Source: Nannocystales bacterium (GTDB lineage: Bacteria > Myxococcota_A > Polyangia > Nannocystales > Nannocystaceae). From it: a stretch of 64,000 nt of DNA. A program made the translations under genes and the position numbers. The notes beneath the pieces were generated by a model, which saw only the letters and a list, made by a program, of their open reading frames with translations, did not search any database and was not told the DNA's origin. Location of the stretch: contig JBOEGF010000008.1 of NCBI GenBank assembly GCA_050633305.1, forward strand, positions 96,001 to 160,000, given 5' to 3'. This document shows, in pieces, positions 56,928 through 64,000 of this stretch. The stretch's first letter is position 1. Every line of letters begins with the position of its first letter.

Positions 56928-57290
56928 ATGACAACTCCAGCCAACATCTTCTCCGCCTACCTCGACGCGTTCACCGCAGGCGACCTCGAGAGCGCGTTCG
57001 CTCTCGTTGCGGACGACTTCGTATTTCACGGGCCGATGCTTCAGTCCAAAGGGAAGGCCGCGTTCGTGGAGGGAGCGTCCGGCTTGGGCGAGATCGTCAA
57101 AGGGCACGACATCCTCCGGCAGTGGAGCGACGGAGACGAGGCGTGCACCATCTACGATTTCCACATCGAAACTCCGGTCGGGAAGGCGTCGGTCACGATG
57201 ACCGAGTGGGTCCTTGTACGGAATGGGAAGCTCGCCCGCTCTCGGCTGGTGTTCAACAGCCCTGAGTTCACGGCCGTGATGCCCAGCTAA
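56928..57290 (+). CDS. SnoaL-like/NTF2 family protein
   Basis: 'YLDAFTAGDLESAFALVADDFVFHGP', 'EWVLVRNGKL'. Confidence 0.85.
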   Translation: MTTPANIFSAYLDAFTAGDLESAFALVADDFVFHGPMLQSKGKAAFVEGASGLGEIVKGHDILRQWSDGDEACTIYDFHIETPVGKASVTMTEWVLVRNGKLARSRLVFNSPEFTAVMPS

Positions 57291-57345
57291 GACGCGCCTG
57301 GCAGCCTCCCCACAAGCCGCGCCGGCCGGTGCACGCTCCCGACAC

Positions 57346-58194
57346 TCAGTCCTCGCCGACCGCAGTGATTCTCCGCAACAGAGCATCGCTTCGGGGGTCG
57401 GCGGGGAACTGGGTCTCGACCCTCACCGACGACAGCACAACGTCGGCCGACGTCCCGAGCATCGTCATGGTGCTGAACAGCGTGAGCGGCTCACCGTCGA
57501 CGTCCAGGCACAATGGGATGACCGGCGGAAAAGGAGCCGTGCTGCTGGGGAGGACCCCCACCGCCCTTCGGATTCTCGCCTCGACGTCCTTCGCGCCCGC
57601 GTGGGTCCGCGCCGCCAAATGAACGTGGGTGAGCACCATCGATGCGAACTCCGAAAGGTTGCGGATCCGCTTTCGAAGCGACGCGTCCTCGAACAGAGAG
57701 AGCAGCGCGTTGGACCCTTGCACCGGGGCGCCTCGGTGGACCTTCTGCGGGTCCGACGGCGGGCCCTCTGCCCCCCGGAGGAAGCATGCAAGCTGCACGT
57801 ACGCGTCATTCGCCATCACGAGGTTCCACGCCTCGTCCACCACCATCGAGGGGTAGGGATGGTGGCGGACCAGCAGGAACTCGACGGCGGACCGGACGTG
57901 CCTCGCCGTGCTGTCGTCGAGTTCGGTCGAGGGGTATTGCGGAGCCAGTCCTGCGGAGAGCAGCATCTCGTTGCGATGGAGCAGCGGGACGTCGAGGACC
58001 GATGTCAGCACCGCGATCATCTCGCGGCTAGGCTTGGCGCGTCCATTTTCGAGATAACTCAGGTGACGGGTCGAGACCTCGGCCTCCAGCGCCAAGGACA
58101 GCTGCGTGAAACGCCGACGCTGCCGCCAGCTCCGTAGCAACGCCCCGAAGCTTGGACTCGCCGCCACCGCCGTGTTGGACTCGCTCACCAACAT
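57346..58194 (-). CDS. XRE-family HTH regulator with MmyB-like ligand-binding domain
   Basis: 'FGALLRSWRQRRRFTQLSLALEAEVSTRHLSYLENGRAKPSREM', 'HHPYPSMVVD', 'VETQFPAD'. Confidence 0.9.
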   Translation of the reverse strand: MLVSESNTAVAASPSFGALLRSWRQRRRFTQLSLALEAEVSTRHLSYLENGRAKPSREMIAVLTSVLDVPLLHRNEMLLSAGLAPQYPSTELDDSTARHVRSAVEFLLVRHHPYPSMVVDEAWNLVMANDAYVQLACFLRGAEGPPSDPQKVHRGAPVQGSNALLSLFEDASLRKRIRNLSEFASMVLTHVHLAARTHAGAKDVEARIRRAVGVLPSSTAPFPPVIPLCLDVDGEPLTLFSTMTMLGTSADVVLSSVRVETQFPADPRSDALLRRITAVGED

Positions 58195-58243
58195 AGGTTC
58201 CCGCAGACCCCAGGCGCGCGGCAACCCACGGATGACAATGCCT

Positions 58244-59152
58244 CTAACATGCGATGGCCCTAAACCGTCGGGTGGCCTGGGCGGACGCCGTTCCTGGCTT
58301 GGCCATCGCCGCGGCTGCCATGGTCGCGACGAGCTTGCCCATGCTGCGACCGAGACCGGCGGCCATCATCGCGACCAGCAATCCGCCTCCGAATCGGGCT
58401 CGGGGAACCATCTCCCACCAGATCCGAACCCGGGTCCCCTCCCCCTCCCCCTTCGGCTCCACGATCCAGCCGCCGACCAGGGCCCGAAACGGGAAGGGAA
58501 AGTCGGGCGCCTCGGTGTCGAAACGAAGGCTGAATGCGCGGCCCGGATCCCATGCCGTGCACACCTCGGTCCATCCCTGGCCTTGCTGGTCCACGCAGCG
58601 GCGTGCAGCTCCCACACCGGGCGCATCCCCGTGCACAAGGTCCGAACTCTGCAGATCGGGGCTATGGTCCGCGATCGTCCCGAGGTCACTGATGACGTTC
58701 CACAGTTCGTCTGCGGGTGCTTCGGCGGAGACCTCGAGACAGACGCGGTGGGTGAACCCACTGTCGCGATCGGGGTGAGCGTACTGCCGCGCGAGCCCGA
58801 CGAGCTGGCCCGTCGCGCATGCGGCCACGACGGTCGCGACTCCCACCATGAGGGCGGACCCGGTCGTGTTGAACTGCTCGGGCAGAAGCACAAGCAGCGG
58901 TCCCGTGCCCACGACCCATGCTGCGTCGGCCGCGCTGATCAGCAGCACCGGAAGCGGCTTCACCGTGCGAGGCCGACCGACGAGAGCGACCACAGCCGCA
59001 AACACCAGCAGCTGGAGACCGACGATGCGGACCTCCCCGACCGCCGTGGTTCCCAGCCATGCGGCGACGACCCCGGGCGCCAGCGTTGCCAGGAGCCCGG
59101 TGCAGGTGCTGAAGACGGCGTTTGAGTACAGTGCGGTCCGAACGAGCGACAT
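58244..59152 (-). CDS. Membrane protein with C-terminal SRPBCC/START-like domain
   Basis: Four N-terminal TM segments; 'APADELWNVISD', 'GVGAARRC', 'EVCTAWDPGR'. Confidence 0.75.
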   Translation of the reverse strand: MSLVRTALYSNAVFSTCTGLLATLAPGVVAAWLGTTAVGEVRIVGLQLLVFAAVVALVGRPRTVKPLPVLLISAADAAWVVGTGPLLVLLPEQFNTTGSALMVGVATVVAACATGQLVGLARQYAHPDRDSGFTHRVCLEVSAEAPADELWNVISDLGTIADHSPDLQSSDLVHGDAPGVGAARRCVDQQGQGWTEVCTAWDPGRAFSLRFDTEAPDFPFPFRALVGGWIVEPKGEGEGTRVRIWWEMVPRARFGGGLLVAMMAAGLGRSMGKLVATMAAAAMAKPGTASAQATRRFRAIAC

Positions 59153-59184
59153 ATCCGCAGTCTGCGACTCCCGTGCCGCGTCGC

Positions 59185-59203
59185 CATAACCTGTCAGGTC
59201 ATG
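59185..59203. promoter_or_regulatory. Inverted-repeat operator candidate upstream of SRPBCC and XRE genes
   Basis: CATAACCTG-T-CAGGTCATG, 8 of 9 positions complementary. Confidence 0.55.
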
Positions 59204-59225
59204 TTGGGAGCGCCGGACAGGCCGC

Positions 59226-59675
59226 TCACCGCGCGCTCTTCTCGGCCCGGCGGGGTCGGCCGGCGTCGGCAGCAGCGATCAGCGGACACACCACCAGGTA
59301 CATCACCAAGGTGAACCCCGTCTCGAGGAGCACGAAGTCACCCGTGGACGTCATGACGTGTTTCGCGCCGACCATGCACACCCCGAAGCTCCACCCCAGC
59401 GGGAACGCGAGCACAAACAGCCTTCTGGTTCGGCGCCACCACGATCCTGACCCAGCGAGTCGCGCGCTCACGTAGGCCCAAAACGCGCCCTGCGTGAACA
59501 ACGAACCGAAGGCAAGCAACATCGAAATGTCCTCGCGGTGCATCTCTAGTGCCGCGTATTGCTCACGGAAGATCCCATACTTCCAGCCGAACCCGACCAG
59601 GAGTGTGGGCGCCACGAAAGCGAGGAACGCGAGCGCGAATCGGCTCGGGGAGTGGCGAGGGGTCGGACCTTGCAT
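59226..59675 (-). CDS. Hypothetical four-TM membrane protein
   Basis: Four hydrophobic segments; ATG 59675. Confidence 0.65.
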   Translation of the reverse strand: MQGPTPRHSPSRFALAFLAFVAPTLLVGFGWKYGIFREQYAALEMHREDISMLLAFGSLFTQGAFWAYVSARLAGSGSWWRRTRRLFVLAFPLGWSFGVCMVGAKHVMTSTGDFVLLETGFTLVMYLVVCPLIAAADAGRPRRAEKSAR

Positions 59676-59788
59676 CCCTCTGCAGACGAGCGTCCGGTCG
59701 AGAACCCGACACCGCCCCGCGGGGATGGCGAGCTGCAATCGGAACGACACGAGCCACCGTGGCGCGGGCTGGTATCGTCCGCGGCTCC

Positions 59789-61930
59789 ATGTCCGCTCGA
59801 ACCGCTCTGATGCTCGGCCTCGCCGCCACCTTGTGTGCCTGCGCCAACCCCAAGACGGCTTCGAGCACGCCCGCCTCACCGACCACGCCCGACGCCACCG
59901 TGACGACCACGAATCCCCTGCTCGCCGAATGGACTGGCCCCCACGGAGGCGTCCCCGACTTCTCTGCCATGGATCTCGCTCAGGTCGAGCCTGCCGCGCG
60001 CGAGGCGATGGCGGCTCACCTTGCTGAACTCGAGGTCATCGCCACCAACCCCGAGCCCGCCTCGTTCGACAACACCATCGTACAGATGCAGCGCGTCGGC
60101 CATGCGATGAACCGGTTCGAGGTTTACGTCGGCATCTGGTCGAGCAACATGTCGACCCCGGAGTTCCGCGACCTGTTCGCCAAACTCGCGCCCGTATTCT
60201 CCGAGTACGAGACCAAGATCATTCAGAACGAGCCCCTCTTCGCCCGCATCAAAGCGGTTCACGAGAGCCCCGAACTCGCCTCGCGCCCCGCCAGTGAGCA
60301 GCGCCTCGTCCAACTGGTCTACAACCGTTTTGCGCGGGCCGGTGCCAGCCTCGACACGGACGGCAAGGCCCGATACGCGCAGATTCAGTCTCGCCTCGCC
60401 GAGCTGCACGACGCGTTCGGCAACAACGTCCTCGCCGACGAGCAAAGCACCATCGAGCTCGGACCCGAAGACCTCGGCGGCCTGCCCGATGCATTCAAGG
60501 CCGCGATCAAGAAGCCTGACGCAGACGTCTGGGTGCTCCCGAACACCCGCTCGGCGATGGACCCCTTCCTCACCTACTCCACCCAGCGTGCGCTGCGAGA
60601 GAAGGTGTGGCGCGAGTACTACAGCCGTGGTGACCACGGCGATTCGCACGACAACAACAAGCTCATCGCCGAGATCCTCCAACTGCGGCACGAGCGGGCC
60701 AAGCTGCTGGGGTACGACAACTACGCGTCATGGCGCCTCGAAGACCGCATGGCCAAGACGCCGCAGCGGGCACGCGAACTGATGATGGGTGTGTGGCCGG
60801 CCGCCACCGCGACCGTCAAGGAAGAGGTCGCCGCGATGCAAAAGGTCGCCAACGCCGAGAAAGCGGGGATCACCGTCGAGCCGTGGGACTACCGGTTCTA
60901 CGCCGAGAAGGTCCGCCAGAAAACCTACGCCCTCGACTCCGATGAGGTGAAGCAATACCTCCAGCTAGGCCCGCTGCGTGAGGCCATGTTCATGGTCGCG
61001 GGCAAGCTGTTCGGCTTCGCGTTCACCCCAGTCCCCGAGGGTTCCATCCCCGTGTTCCACGCAGACGTGAAAGTGTGGGAGGTGACCGACGCGGCCAGCG
61101 GCAAGCACATCGGCTTGTGGTACCTCGACCCCTTCGCCCGCCCGGGAAAGCGTTCCGGAGCTTGGGCTTCGACCTACCGGTCCAGCCACACCTACGACGG
61201 TGAGATCACGGTCTTGGTGTCGAACAACTCCAACTTCATCAAGGCGCCCGAAGGCCAGCCCGTGCTCGTCTCCGCCGACGATGCGTCGACCTTCTTCCAC
61301 GAGTTCGGCCACGCGCTGCATGCTCTGAGCAGCAATGTGAAATACCCGGGCCTCTCGGGCGGCGTACGCGACTACACCGAGTTTCAGTCTCAATTGCTCG
61401 AACGATGGCTGTTCACCGACGCGGTGATCGACGGCTACCTCCGGCATCACGAGACCGGCGAGCCCATGCCGAAGGAGCTCGTCGCGAAGATCCGCAAAGC
61501 CGCCACCTTCAACCAGGGATTCAGCACGACCGAGTATCTCGCCTCGGCGATGATGGACCTCGAGCTGCACACGGTGGATCCGACGGGCATCGACCCCGAT
61601 GCGTTCGAGCGGGAGACCCTCGCAGAGTGGGGCATGCCCAAGGAGGTCGTGATGCGGCACCGCACCCCGCACTTCGGGCACGTGTTCTCCGGCGAGGGGT
61701 ACTCGGCGGGCTACTACGGATACATGTGGGCCGATGTTCTCACCGCCGATGCGGCAGAAGCGTTCGCGGATGCGCCCGGTGGATTCTACGACGAGGGCGT
61801 CGCAAAAAAGCTGGTCGAGCACTTGTTCGCGCCGCGCAACGCGGTGGATCCGGCGGACGCGTATCGAGCGTTTCGCGGCCGGGATGCGGACGTGGGTGCG
61901 TTGATGCGGGACCGCGGATTCGCCAAGTAG
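59789..61930 (+). CDS. dcp: M3 family metallopeptidase (peptidyl-dipeptidase Dcp-like), lipoprotein
   Basis: Signal ending 'LCAC'; 'NPLLAEW', 'RPGKRSGAW', HExxH 'FHEFGHALH', 'EFQSQLLE', 'GYSAGYYGYMWA'. Confidence 0.9.
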   Translation: MSARTALMLGLAATLCACANPKTASSTPASPTTPDATVTTTNPLLAEWTGPHGGVPDFSAMDLAQVEPAAREAMAAHLAELEVIATNPEPASFDNTIVQMQRVGHAMNRFEVYVGIWSSNMSTPEFRDLFAKLAPVFSEYETKIIQNEPLFARIKAVHESPELASRPASEQRLVQLVYNRFARAGASLDTDGKARYAQIQSRLAELHDAFGNNVLADEQSTIELGPEDLGGLPDAFKAAIKKPDADVWVLPNTRSAMDPFLTYSTQRALREKVWREYYSRGDHGDSHDNNKLIAEILQLRHERAKLLGYDNYASWRLEDRMAKTPQRARELMMGVWPAATATVKEEVAAMQKVANAEKAGITVEPWDYRFYAEKVRQKTYALDSDEVKQYLQLGPLREAMFMVAGKLFGFAFTPVPEGSIPVFHADVKVWEVTDAASGKHIGLWYLDPFARPGKRSGAWASTYRSSHTYDGEITVLVSNNSNFIKAPEGQPVLVSADDASTFFHEFGHALHALSSNVKYPGLSGGVRDYTEFQSQLLERWLFTDAVIDGYLRHHETGEPMPKELVAKIRKAATFNQGFSTTEYLASAMMDLELHTVDPTGIDPDAFERETLAEWGMPKEVVMRHRTPHFGHVFSGEGYSAGYYGYMWADVLTADAAEAFADAPGGFYDEGVAKKLVEHLFAPRNAVDPADAYRAFRGRDADVGALMRDRGFAK

Positions 61931-61987
61931 CGAGTACTGGGCACGGCCGGGAACGCTGCCCGGCAGCAGCGGCCTGCGCGCAGGACG

Positions 61988-62007
61988 GCTTTCGAATTCG
62001 AAAGCAA
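61988..62007 (+). promoter_or_regulatory. Ada box overlapping a perfect 18-bp palindrome upstream of ada
   Basis: AAT-N6-GCAA at 61995-62007; GCTTTCGAATTCGAAAGC at 61988-62005. Confidence 0.65.
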
Positions 62008-62075
62008 GACGCCGGGTGTCGGGGCGAAGTGTCGGGCGTACGGTTCATGGGCACGTACCCGACCGGACCGCGTCC

Positions 62076-63140
62076 ATGACTTCACCAGCGAAACAGCGCG
62101 CCGCCGCCGTCCTCCAAGACCCCCGGTGGGCAGCGATCCTCTCTCGAGGCGAGGGCAGCTTCCTCTACTCGGTCAGCACGACCGGGGTCTACTGTCGCCC
62201 TTCATGCGGGTCGCGACGGCCCCGACCCGAGAACGTCGCATTCCACGAGGACGCCGAGGCCGCCCGCAACGCCGGTTTTCGGGCCTGCAAACGGTGCGAC
62301 CCAGAGGGACCCAGCCGCTCGGAGCGACGAAGTGCGCTCGTCGAAGAGCTCTGCCGCTGGATCGAGCAGAGCGAGGAGCCCCCTTCCCTGCAACAACTTG
62401 CCGACCGCGCCGGACTCAGTCCCTCGCATACGCACCGGATGTTCAAAGCCGTGACCGGCGTAACGCCGCGGGCCTACGCCGCGGCGAACCGGGCACGCCG
62501 GGTTCGGCAGGAACTCAAGAGCGCAGGCAGCATCACCACCGCGATCCATGCCGCGGGCTACAACTCATCCGCCCGGTTCTACGAGGAGTCCAACGAGCTC
62601 CTCGGCATGACACCGACCGAGTTTCGCCGCGGTGCGGCGCAGCTCCCCATCCGGTTCGCGGTCGGCGAATCCTCGTTGGGCTCCGTGCTCGTGGCAGCCA
62701 CAACCCGAGGCGTATGCGCGATTCTCCTCGGCGACGACCCTGAGGCACTCGTGCACGACTTGGAGCGCCAGTTCCCAGACACCGAGTTGGTCGGGGCCGA
62801 CCAAGCTTTCGAGGCGTTGGTCGCGAACGTGGTGGGACTCGTCGAGGACCCCACGGTTGCCAGCACCGTGCCGCTCGACATCCGCGGGACCGCGTTTCAA
62901 CGACGGGTTTGGGACGCGCTGCGCAAGGTCCCCGCGGGCGAGACCATCAGTTACTCGGAGCTTGCCCGCAGGACCGGGTCGCCGCGTTCGGCACGGGCCG
63001 TCGCCCAAGCGTGCGCCCGCAACACCCTGGCGGTCGCCATTCCCTGCCACCGAGTGGTTCGCGCAGACGGATCTGTGTCTGGCTACCGCTGGGGGGTCGA
63101 ACGGAAGGTGGAGCTGCTCGAACGCGAGGAAAAGGCGTGA
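62076..63140 (+). CDS. ada: Bifunctional transcriptional activator / O6-methylguanine-DNA methyltransferase Ada
   Basis: Zn motif 'GVYCRPSC...GFRACKRC', AraC-type HTH, 'GTAFQRRVW', active site 'IPCHRV'. Confidence 0.95.
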   Translation: MTSPAKQRAAAVLQDPRWAAILSRGEGSFLYSVSTTGVYCRPSCGSRRPRPENVAFHEDAEAARNAGFRACKRCDPEGPSRSERRSALVEELCRWIEQSEEPPSLQQLADRAGLSPSHTHRMFKAVTGVTPRAYAAANRARRVRQELKSAGSITTAIHAAGYNSSARFYEESNELLGMTPTEFRRGAAQLPIRFAVGESSLGSVLVAATTRGVCAILLGDDPEALVHDLERQFPDTELVGADQAFEALVANVVGLVEDPTVASTVPLDIRGTAFQRRVWDALRKVPAGETISYSELARRTGSPRSARAVAQACARNTLAVAIPCHRVVRADGSVSGYRWGVERKVELLEREEKA

Positions 63141-63877
63141 ACCCTAACTCCGCCCCATCCCTTCCCCAGCCCGACATCGCAGCCCGTCTCGGTGCGATGA
63201 ACTGGGCTCGGGTGACCCAAGAACTCGATGAGGACGGGTGCGCGACACTGCCCACGCTTCTGCACCCAGCGGAGTGCGAGCATCTGCGCGCCACGTACCG
63301 CAATGGTGAGGCGTTCCGCTCGCATATCGACATGGAACGGTTCGTGTTCGGACGCGGTGAGTACAAGTACTTCGCGTACCCCTTGCCGCCTCTTGTCGCC
63401 GCCCTACGCACCGCTCTGTTCCAGCGATTGGCCGCGATCGCGAATGCCTGGAGCGCTGCGCTGGGGAACGACACGCGCTATCCCGCCGAGCACAGCGCAT
63501 TCGTCGACCGTTGCCACGCCGCCGGACAGACCCGGCCCACGCCGCTGTTGCTGCGATACACCGAGGGCGACTACAACCGCCTTCACCAGGACCTCTACGG
63601 GGAGCACGCCTTTCCCCTGCAGGTTGCCGTGCTCCTCTCCGAGCCCGGACGCGACTTCACCGGCGGCGAGTTCGTCCTGACCCAGCAGCGACCACGCGCT
63701 CAGTCCCGAGTCCACGTGGTGCCACTGCGTCAAGGCGACGCCGTGGTGTTTGCAACCCACCACCGACCTGAGCCCGGAGTCCGTGGTTTTCGGCGGGTCA
63801 ACCTCCGGCACGGTGTCAGCGTCGTGCGCTCGGGTCGACGGCATTCGCTGGGAGTCATCTTCCACGACGCGAAGTGA
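63137..63877 (+). CDS. 2OG-Fe(II) oxygenase (DUF2086-like)
   Basis: 'FGRGEYKYF', 'QTRPTPLLL', HxD 'LHQD', 'FTGGEF', 'RHGVS', 'GVIFHDA'; GTGA overlap with ada. Confidence 0.88.
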   Translation: MNPNSAPSLPQPDIAARLGAMNWARVTQELDEDGCATLPTLLHPAECEHLRATYRNGEAFRSHIDMERFVFGRGEYKYFAYPLPPLVAALRTALFQRLAAIANAWSAALGNDTRYPAEHSAFVDRCHAAGQTRPTPLLLRYTEGDYNRLHQDLYGEHAFPLQVAVLLSEPGRDFTGGEFVLTQQRPRAQSRVHVVPLRQGDAVVFATHHRPEPGVRGFRRVNLRHGVSVVRSGRRHSLGVIFHDAK

Positions 63878-63931
63878 CCTGCTCTCTGAGTTCACGAGCA
63901 AGAAACGGAGCGCCGCCGAAAAAAGCCGCTG

Positions 63932-64000
63932 CTAGACACTGTTCACGAAGGCGAGGTCGAAACGTGCAGGGACGCCGTGGCGGACCCACCGACCTCGGGT
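63932..64000 (-). CDS. Possible 3' end of a gene entering from beyond the window
   Basis: Open frame TRGRWVRHGVPARFDLAFVNSV* ending at TAG 63932, convergent with the oxygenase gene. Confidence 0.3.
   Translation of the reverse strand, partial: TRGRWVRHGVPARFDLAFVNSV

Noticed and set aside
1..64000. Many long overlapping ORFs in the six-frame track (e.g. 1386-2951+, 2651-4372+, 23206-25422-, 35381-36652-, 49860-51119+)
   Set aside because: Antisense or frame-shifted shadows of well-supported genes, expected in high-GC DNA; no recognisable motifs
1..64000. CRISPR arrays, tRNA/rRNA genes, IS elements, prophage or integrase genes
   Set aside because: No repeat-spacer periodicity, RNA-gene signatures or transposase/integrase motifs seen by eye; tRNAscan/Infernal not run

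Overview
High-GC, gene-dense bacterial chromosome segment with myxobacterial hallmarks: a MYXO-CTERM-type sorted protease, many lipoproteins with long Ser/Thr/Gly/Asp linkers, a membrane Ser/Thr kinase with TPRs, and a TonB-dependent receptor with a fused TonB C-terminal domain. The lineage is inferred (Myxococcota, possibly Nannocystaceae-like). About 54 CDS can be supported. I saw no rRNA, tRNA, CRISPR array, transposase or integrase. Main loci: a MacAB-type ABC exporter operon with three periplasmic adaptors; a glycosyltransferase trio; an HxlR regulator divergent from a molybdopterin enzyme; an OmpR-type two-component system divergent from an exbB-exbD-tonB-lipoprotein-TBDR-OMP-serine hydrolase locus, where two promoters share a 37-bp element; an ECF42-like sigma factor with a YCII gene and two matching promoters; and ada plus a 2OG-Fe(II) oxygenase with an Ada box. 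The best candidate for an undescribed system is a 1905-aa protein (45159-50876, minus strand). It fuses an M48-like zinc peptidase and a TerB-like domain to a DUF4011 / Upf1-like SF1 helicase / Vsr-like (Hhe-type antiphage) core whose nuclease site looks degenerate, and it lies 15 bp downstream of a GNAT gene. A second highlight is a lipoprotein carrying an FrpC-like self-processing module with Thr-Pro in place of the scissile Asp-Pro. All family assignments come from motif recognition by eye, not database searches.
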